A stretch of DNA of 50,014 nt from Eledone cirrhosa (lineage: Eukaryota): assembly GCA_964016885.1 (NCBI GenBank), contig CAXHJY010000135.1, forward strand, positions 1 through 50,014, read 5' to 3'. Positions 41,532-50,014 of this stretch are shown piece by piece. The notes beneath the pieces were generated by a model. The model worked only from the letters and a program-made list of their open reading frames with translations. It had not been told where the DNA came from and did not search any database. Numbering within the stretch: the stretch's first letter is position 1; the number at the start of each line of letters is the position of its first letter. The translations under genes were made by a program, and so were the position numbers.

Positions 41532-42398
41532 GTGAAACAAATAGATAGATAGTTAGCTAGACAGGTATATAGGTAAAGTAATGTTAACATACGTTATGTA
41601 GGTGAGAATTAAAAGCTCTAAAGAAATACGTATAATTAAACAAATAGATGGATAGTCAGGTCGACAGGTAGATAGTTAACTTAACGTAAACAACATATTT
41701 CATACAGGTGAGAATTAAAAATTATGTAGAAATACTGCGAAACATAGGTAAATTATTGTTAACATACATTATACAGGTGAGAATTGAAAGCAATGTAGCA
41801 ATGTAAATATTGTGAAACAGGTATATAAATTAGATAGACAAGTACATAGGTAAGGTAATACAGGTGAGAATTGAAAGCAATGTAGCAATGTAAATATTGT
41901 AAAACAGGTATATAGTTAGGTAGACAAGTACATAGGTAAGGTTATACAGGTGAGAATTGAAAGCAATGTAGCAATGTAAATATTGTGAAACAGGTATATA
42001 GTTAGGTAGACAATTACATAGGTAAGGTAATACAGGTGAGAATTGAAAGCAATGTAGCAATGTAAATATTGTGAAACAGGTATATAGTTAGGTAGACAAT
42101 TACATAGGTAAGGTAATACAGGTGAGAATTGAAAGCAATGTAGCAATGTAAATATTGTGAAACAGGTATATAGTTAGATAGACAAGTACATATGTATAAA
42201 GTATTGCATATGATTGAATAATATATTGTAGTCACCATATGTACACAATTATAATAGACATATATATATAGATATATATATATATAGATATAGATAGGTA
42301 AATATACACGGGTGTGTATGATTGTGTATAGAAGATTATATTAATAATCAGTATTATTTACAGTTGAAAATTGCAAACTCGACTGTCACCACATATTA

Positions 42399-42437
42399 TG
42401 AACCTGAAGATTGCGAAAGCATGAAAGTACTTGTTCA
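42399..42437 (+). ncRNA. Minimal type I hammerhead ribozyme motif
   Basis: TGAAC-CTGAAGA-t TGC gaaa GCA t-GAAA-GTAC-T-T-GTTCA: 5-bp stem I, GAAA-tetraloop stem II, palindromic stem III AGTACT; triplet CUU. Confidence 0.65.
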
Positions 42438-42549
42438 ATTAACACTTAACATTTAATATTCTATCATACTATTTCATTATAATAGCATTATATATTTTAA
42501 AGGATTGTAAATAAAACTAGTAAATCAGACAAAGTTGGAATTCCTCTTA

Positions 42550-42606
<57 letters not shown>

Positions 42607-42654
42607 TCATATGCAATACATTATATATATATATAACAATTATATTATAATTAA

Positions 42655-42712
42655 TTTACGGCCGTTTCGTTAGACGAACAACAATATAACTCCAGTTATA
42701 ACTTCTCAGGGT
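42655..42712 (-). ncRNA. Degenerate minimal hammerhead motif
   Basis: Minus strand: CTGAGAA-gtta...taac-GAAAC-GGCC-GTA; palindromic stem III ACGGCCGT; one core mismatch, and stem I does not pair. Confidence 0.45.
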
Positions 42713-42783
42713 CGATTAAAGACAAATAAATATATAATTACTAGTTCTAAAATTTCAGTGGGAGAAAAGAGAGGGAAACGTAA

Positions 42784-42957
42784 ATAATTGTTTCTACTTT
42801 TGGCACAAGGCCAGCAATTACCCAGTACATTACTGGTACTTTATTTTATCGACCCCGTTATGAAACCTCGACGGGATTTGAACTCAGACCGTAAATGGAC
42901 GTAACTATGCTGGAAAGCATGGCGTCCGACTCTCTACCGATACTGCCAATCCACCGC
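42784..42957 (-). mobile_element. SINE family 1 with small internal deletion
   Basis: Reverse-complement copy lacking the aggcaaagtca segment. Confidence 0.85.
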
Positions 42958-43127
42958 CGGCTTTCAAATATTGTTGGAGAAACGTTAAAATTTATGGAAG
43001 CCAAAAGACGTATTGTAAATTTTTTTTTTATCAGTGAAAAAAAATAATAGATGGATAGACAAAGAAACGAACACATATTACTATATTCCCTCACACATTG
43101 GAGAATACACCAGCATGCTACCATTCA

Positions 43128-43477
43128 CAGCAACAACAATAACAGTAGGGACAGCGCCAACAAGAACAACACCAGCAACAACAAAAACAGTAACAATAAC
43201 AGCAACAACAACAACACTAACAGCAGCAATAACAGCAGTAACAACACCAACAACAACAACAACTGCAACAACTGCAACAGTAACAATAACAACAACAACG
43301 GTAAAAACAACAACAACAATAACAACAACAGTAATAACAACAACAACTGCAACAGTAATAGTAACAGTAACAACAACAACAGTAACAACATCAGTAACAG
43401 CAACACAAAGCACAACAACAACAACAGTAACAACAACAACAACAAGACCAACAGTAACAACAACAACACCAACAACC
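43128..43477. repeat. Degenerate (AAC)n trinucleotide repeat
   Basis: Direct reading. Confidence 0.9.
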
Positions 43478-43563
43478 GAGTTAAGACTTGTAAGAATAAG
43501 TTCAATGCCTTAAGCGGTAAGTATCATAATTGTCGCGTTATTTAATCTGAATATATATATATA

Positions 43564-43604
<41 letters not shown>

Positions 43605-43733
43605 GTGTGTGCGTGTGCGTGCGCGTGTTGGTGTCTATAAATTAATATATGTATGGCCTCTATAGAGATTCGAAGAGATATGTTGAAAGGATAGACAATT
43701 CGACTTGGAATTCAAACAGAGAAAACTTATGTA

Positions 43734-43783
<50 letters not shown>

Positions 43784-43946
43784 CATGTATATACATATGT
43801 ATATGAGTATGTGCGTGTGTGTTAATATATATATATAAATACATATATATATATATATAAATACATATATATATATAAATACATATATATATATAAATAC
43901 ATATATATATATATATATAAATACATATATATACACATATATACAT

Positions 43947-43985
<39 letters not shown>

Positions 43986-44040
43986 AATACATATATATAT
44001 ATCCATATATCCATATATATATATAAATACATATATATAT

Positions 44041-44078
<38 letters not shown>

Positions 44079-44160
44079 TACGTATATAATATATGAATAC
44101 ATATATGTATACGTATATACATATATGTATACATATATGTATATATATAGAGAGATTTTT

Positions 44161-44200
<40 letters not shown>

Positions 44201-44369
44201 ACACACGATTATTAAGATTAGTGAGGCATGAAGATAAGAAAGTTATTTGAAAAATGTCAATTTAAATTTTGTCTCTCCGACTTTTGGAAGCTGATTAAAC
44301 TGTTTTTATGGCGGTTCATTGCTTTTTATTGACTCCTCCCCCTTGTTATGAGGGGGGGCTGTAGTTGTG

Positions 44370-44410
<41 letters not shown>

Positions 44411-44478
44411 CTGTGTGTGTGTGTGTGTGTGACTGTGTGTGTGTGTGTGTGTGTGTACGTGTGAGGGTTCAATTTATT

Positions 44479-44509
<31 letters not shown>

Positions 44510-44733
44510 CTGTGTGTATTTATATGCCTGTGTTGGCGTGTATCTATGTGTGTGTGTGTGCGTGTGTGTTTTGTGTGGGGGGTGAGGATTATGTGTATTT
44601 ATGTGTATGTGTGGGATGTGTGTACGGATATGTGGGGGAGCGTTCGCTTGAAATGTGTCGATCACATCCATTTCTGTCACTTTTCTAACTGCTGGTGTCG
44701 TGGTATATATAGCCAACAGTATTATATACCCTT

Positions 44734-44797
<64 letters not shown>

Positions 44798-44875
44798 TTA
44801 TTCCTTAAATCTTTACTAAATGTGATACGGCGCTTGTCTGAAATTGTTGTAGGCATGTCATCCTTATTGTTAGTA

Positions 44876-44957
<82 letters not shown>

Positions 44958-44984
44958 GCACACAAATATATATATATATAATAG

Positions 44985-45159
44985 TAATTGTTTCTACTTT
45001 TGGCACAAGGCCAGCAATTGCCCAGTGTATTACTGGTATTTTATTTTATCGACCCCGTAAGGATGAAAGGCAAAGTTAACCTCGGCGGGATTTGAACTCA
45101 GAATGGCAAGGGCCGTAACTATATGCGTCAAAGCAAGGCGTCTGATACTGCCAATCCAC
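44985..45159 (-). mobile_element. SINE family 1
   Basis: Reverse-complement copy with a deletion near the A-box. Confidence 0.85.
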
Positions 45160-45211
45160 GACCCTTTATAATAGTAATAAACGGAAGATATATACTTTAT
45201 ATCATCTCTAT

Positions 45212-45302
45212 CTTGCCTTTCATCCTTACGAGGTCGATAAAATAAAGTACCAGTAATGCACTGGGTAATTGCTGGCCTTGTGCCTAAAGTAGAAACAATT
45301 AT
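45212..45302 (+). mobile_element. SINE family 1, 5'-truncated
   Basis: TTGCCTTTCATCCTTACGAGGTCGAT...GTAGAAACAATTAT. Confidence 0.8.
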
Positions 45303-45307
45303 ATATA

Positions 45308-45897
45308 CTAGCAGAAAACCACCCTTCGCGTGGTTTTCTGCTAGATATGATACATCAAATAAAATCGTAATTGACAATATAAAATACACAGAAATTGAAC
45401 GAAGACTACGTTACCCTGTCTTATTTAATCAGTAACGTGTCTTATTTACATCTTCACAAACAACGCTTAATTGAGAAGGGGTTGAATTGAGGATCTTAAG
45501 GTCCCAAGCAAAATAACATTTTAATGATTAGATTTCTTTTCTAGATTTCCTATTTTATAGATCCCTAAAATAAAATATCGTTTAATTCGTTCAACAGTTT
45601 GTAGCACGCGAAGTCTGAAATTCCTGCTATTCTTACAATTCACCTCAGCAATGGAGGATTTCAAATATACCAAAATTGTAGTAATTTGCATCGCACAAAT
45701 CTGTCGACAGTTATGTACGAGAGTAAGCAAAAAATGATAAACAATATCACTATAACATATCTTAAGGTTTGTCACACAGCCTTTTGCTCATGCGTGCTTA
45801 ATGTTGGTACTATTGTGGTCAGGTGACCTAAAATTGAGCTTCATCTCGCCAGTTTTCTAGCTGCTAAACTTGTGTAAACTTGGCCGGGATATATAGA
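45308..45897 (-). mobile_element. Possible non-autonomous Helitron
   Basis: Minus strand reads A|TCTATATA...hairpin...CTAG|T; terminal palindrome with 15-bp arms, CTAGCAGAAAACCAC/GTGGTTTTCTGCTAG. Only one copy in the window. Confidence 0.4.
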
Positions 45898-45919
45898 TGG
45901 GGATGCAGGCGAAACACCT

Positions 45920-46515
45920 AAAAGCAGACTCTGCAGAATTAACATCGAAGATGTCACTCATGTCATAAGCAGCTGTCCAAAGATGTCATCGCGGTACTAT
46001 CTACTTATGAGGATTGATGTAGTGGCCAAAACACTGAACAATGCAATCCGTAGAAAAGATAGCCCCGATAATAAACATATTAAAAGCTACAGCAATGTGG
46101 AAGACATACATATACATAATATGAAAGAGTACTGGTGGAATGTTCCAGTAAAAGTCCCAATAAAATGCAGGTGTAATAGATCAGATATTATGATATGGGA
46201 CAGGGAGAAGAAGGTACGCACAGTAGTGGAAGTTAGCTGCCCAGCAGATGCCAATATAATATCAAAGTTTAGTGAAAAGGAGAATATTTATGCAGAACTA
46301 ACGAGAAATCTGCAGATACTCTACCTTGACTATACCTTCAGATTTATACCTGTAATTAATGGGCACTAGGATATGTTAGTAACTGCCTCAATACAAATCT
46401 TGAGAAGCTGGGCTTCACAGGAACAGAAAAAACACAACTACTTAGGAAATTACAAGTACAATTCATTAATGGAACAGTAAAAATATGTAAAACATTCCAA
46501 AAATTCTGCACCTAA
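45920..46515 (+). pseudogene. 3' end of an R4/Dong-like element: zinc knuckle plus restriction-like endonuclease
   Basis: (S)RLCRINIEDVTHVISSC..R.D..NRSDIMIWD..VVEVSCP..EKENIY..IPVING; disrupted near the end, then ..GTVKICKTFQKFCT*. Confidence 0.8.
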
Positions 46516-46804
46516 TAACTACATATACATATATACAGATACAAAGCATATACACATAAACACATATAACTCAAAATATACATATCCACACACACAATAA
46601 CATCTATACCTGCACACAAGCACATGCATGCATACGTACATACATATCTACCTAGTTGATGTTCTGTAAATTCCAATGAGAGAGTCTTGTATCTATGTTA
46701 GAAACCGACCCTCTATTGGTAAATATTAAAAAATTTAAAACCATATATATATGCATACACACACATACATATATATATATGCATATATATATATATATAT
46801 ATTC

Positions 46805-46935
46805 AGTACAGAATTAGCCGTGGAAACGGCTTGAGCTCAGCCGTCGGGGTCTTACTTACTCCTATTACCCACTCTACTACCCTAAGTATTGAGTACTTTG
46901 GTGCGTCCACCTGGTTCCTTACCACTTTTCCTTCG
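46805..46935 (+). mobile_element. 3' half of a Penelope-like terminus with hammerhead stem III
   Basis: GAAACGGC-ttgagctca-GCCGTC (paired stem III, GUC triplet) followed by actc...gagtac; the CUGANGA half is absent. Confidence 0.45.
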
Positions 46936-47111
46936 CTATATATATATATATATATATATATACATACATACTTACACACGTACATACACACATACATACT
47001 TACACACGTACATACATACACACATATACCTACATATATTTATACATACATATACACATACATATATACATGCATACACACATACAAACATAGATAGATA
47101 GATACATACAT

Positions 47112-47650
47112 GATGGCTGCCCCCTCATTATCGAGTATGGCAATTGCACGATATACCATTATTAATAATTATTAATTAATTCTATCGTGCAATGCCTGTG
47201 CGTGAAGATATTTTTTAAAGTGAGGGAATACTATGCACTGAGCCAATCCCACTCTCTGAGTGACAGTAGCTATAACCCGACAAGAAGAAAAGATCAACAT
47301 CATCGGTAACTACTGAGCCGCAGGTTTTATATCGGAGTTATCCCAGTTTCCTGAGTTACCTTCTCCTAGAAGAATGCCCTGACAAAGGCTACGGGTCCTT
47401 CACTCCCAATGGTTTAACCACGTGATCGGGTGTCCAGCCCGACTATTTCTATGTCCCCGCGCATATACATACACATTCACCCATGCATATACACATATAC
47501 ATACATATGTACATGTGTATATACATATTTACACACTTTTGGATGGCCGTTGACTCTTATGAGTTCTTTCGCCCTTTGTCAGGTTTTGTTTTTTGTCCTG
47601 CAGGGTGTCCAAAATCACCCTCCTCACCAAGTAAAGTTGGTGGGGTTGCA
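47112..47650 (-). mobile_element. Diverged relative of family C, interrupted by microsatellite
   Basis: GATGGCTGCC..TCGAGTATGGC, GCAATGCCTGTG, CCTTCTCCTAG, GACAAAGGCTA, TGTCCAAAATCACCCTCCTCACCAAG. Confidence 0.7.
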
Positions 47651-48171
47651 TACATACATACATACATACATACATTTCACTTACTGGATATAGAAACATC
47701 CCTAATTGCTTAAAATAAATAACGCCGTATTCGGTTAGCACAATAATCCTAGGCTTAAACAGAGATAAATATAATTTACGTACACGCCCCTACACATACG
47801 TTCCCGTTTGTGTGTGTTTATGTATATATATATATACATACATATATATATATACATATATATACTTACTTATACACACACACACATATATATATATATA
47901 TAAATAAACATATATATATATATATATTAGATACATATGCAAATATTTAGCTTTGTATATTTTTATATATATACATACGTATATGTATATATATAAATAT
48001 ATATATATGTGTGTGTGTGTATGCGTGCGTGTGGACGAGTGTGTGTTTGCGTGTATGCGTGTGTACGAGAGAGAGAGTGTGTGTGCGTATGTGTATGTGT
48101 GTATTACCAGAGGATTACAGAATTATTTTACAATGTCGAGTCAGTCCCTAATAAAGTCGTGCTTCTGTAAA

Positions 48172-48357
48172 ATAATTGTGTCTACTTTAGGCACAAGGCC
48201 AGCAATTACCCAGTGCCTTACTGGTACTTTATTTTTATCGACCCCGTAAGGATGAAAGGCAAAGTCAACCTCGGCGGGATTTGAACTCAGATCGTAAAGG
48301 GACGTAACTATGCTGGAAAGCATGGCGTCCGACCCTCTACCGATACTACCAATCCAC
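48172..48357 (-). mobile_element. SINE family 1, full length
   Basis: Reverse-complement copy. Confidence 0.88.
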
Positions 48358-48578
48358 CGACAGTTCAACGTACTTCACACCAACATGGCCGTAAGATCAC
48401 TGCTGCTGCTACTACTACTACTACTGCTACTACTACATAATTGTGATATATTTCCGAGGAAGAAAAGACGATGTACTCTCCACTACTTTAAAATTGCAGC
48501 TTACAGCTCAGAAAGAAACGAGAGTTCCCCTGCTAGTCCCGGTCGTATCTCAGCGTACTTAATAGGTAAGGTTATGTA

Positions 48579-48678
48579 GCCGAGGTTGACTTTGCCTTTC
48601 ATCCTTACGGGGTCGATAAAATAAAGTACCAGTAATGCACTGGGTAATTGCTGGCCTTGTGCCTAAAGTAGAAACATT
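48579..48678 (+). mobile_element. SINE family 1, 5'-truncated
   Basis: GCCGAGGTTGACTTTGCC...GTAGAAACA. Confidence 0.82.
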
Positions 48679-49124
48679 TATGTAAAAATTCCAGAGTAGA
48701 CAAAAGTTAATTGCTTCAATACAACACACGTAAATGGCTACCATAATTCTATACCCGTACTCGAGCTTCTGCCACACTTCATGCTGCAACAGAGCGTACG
48801 GCTTCCACTGTCTGCATTTATTATGCAACAATGCACAATCGGTGCGTGTGGCTACATCAGCGGGTCTCGCCTAATCAATAACCAATCGATCGACAGAATT
48901 TGATTCCAATCCGTGCCGCCTATAGCAGTAAATGCAACAGGTGACACAGTAGTACATTGGTAACTGAAATCCTGACGCTTCATCAAAATACCGTCAACTA
49001 ATTTGCCACTTGTTCAGAAATGTACGTGATGGGAAGGGGTCGAGATTCTATTCGTTGGTCCCTAAATCTAAACATCGAGTATTCACCTGGGAATTCACGT
49101 TATACTCCCTGGATATATATAATA

Positions 49125-49309
49125 GTCGAACACTGATGGATTATATTCGTAGTACTAGAGCACTCAGTCCATGGGACGAGTTTGGTAGAAGTAGTTCCAC
49201 AACAGTTAGTTCACCATACCGAGAACAGATGTTTCACCTTAATCGAATACTCAACTGAGGGTGAAACATTTGTTCTCGGTATGGTGAACTAACTGTTGTG
49301 GAACTACTT
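49125..49309. mobile_element. Fold-back (~51-bp arms) Penelope-like terminus
   Basis: About 49189-49239 is the reverse complement of 49258-49309; arms contain GAAACAT(C/T)TGTT; minus strand continues into the actc...gagtgct motif. Confidence 0.55.
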
Positions 49310-49529
49310 ATATTTAGATAGATAGATCTACTTATATATACATAGATAGATCTACCCGCCTGATTTTGCATCAATCGATCACCAATACTTTGTTATAACC
49401 AGTCTATTCATCAGAGCATGCAAGAATGGACTACCTATAACGATAATTTGTTATCCCGTATATATATATATATATATATATATAGAGTGACTGCTAGAGT
49501 GAACCTCTTCAAATGAAGTTGATGTTTAT

Positions 49530-49772
49530 TACGGTATGTCGAATATATTTATCTATAAAACTGTTTATATTGTATTTTGTCTGATGAAGGCATAGCATAT
49601 TGTTAATATGATATCCCCGAAATATATATAATGAAATAAATATGGTTTTATAAATATAGTTTTCCATTTATTTAATATTGTAAATATACTCCAAGTATTT
49701 GTCGAGTGCTTTTATATCAGTTATAAATATTTACTAGTTGTAACCCAACAATTTTAAATATAACTTTACATG
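49530..49772 (+). mobile_element. Penelope-like terminus family A with hammerhead core
   Basis: CTGATGA at 49581, stem II aggcatagcatatt/aatatgatatcccc, GAAA at 49619, and the family's 3' tail. Confidence 0.7.
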
Positions 49773-49901
<129 letters not shown>

Positions 49902-49935
49902 ATATTATATATATATATATTATATATATATATAT

Positions 49936-49970
<35 letters not shown>

Positions 49971-49977
49971 ATATATA

Positions 49978-50014
<37 letters not shown>

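Larger units (their letters stand above)
39460..42195. repeat. 86-bp satellite (TACAGGTGAGAATTGAAAGCAATGTAGCAATG...), homogeneous at 41772-42190 and degenerate upstream
   Basis: Unit starts at 41772, 41859, 41945, 42031 and 42117; CAGGTGAGAATTAAA remnants from about 40.1 kb. Confidence 0.8.

Noticed and set aside
43034-43545. Poly-Thr, poly-Asn and poly-Leu ORFs
   Set aside because: (AAC)n repeat open in several frames; no other coding evidence

Overview
Repeat-dominated, AT-rich eukaryotic DNA with no recognisable host gene. The SINE content and very long (TA)n/(TACA)n tracts suggest a cephalopod such as Octopus; this is an inference. Nearly all ORFs in the track are microsatellite artefacts. 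Real content: (1) seven co-oriented Tx1/L1-type non-LTR retrotransposon copies at 30.5-41.5 kb, one apparently full length with open ORF1 and ORF2. All have their 3' end against GATA/TATC with no poly(A), and two have exact 63- and 20-bp flanking duplications, so this looks like a (GATA)n-targeting family. (2) A dispersed set of Penelope-like termini carrying hammerhead-ribozyme cores (CUGANGA...GAAA) with covarying stems, often arranged as fold-back inverted repeats, plus a decayed Penelope ORF. (3) A ~600-bp non-coding retroposon with RTE-like features, sitting in TA/TACA repeats. (4) Two tRNA-derived SINE families. (5) Decayed R4/Dong-like RT and REL fragments. (6) A possible non-autonomous Helitron, several minisatellites and a nested ~3-kb tandem duplication.
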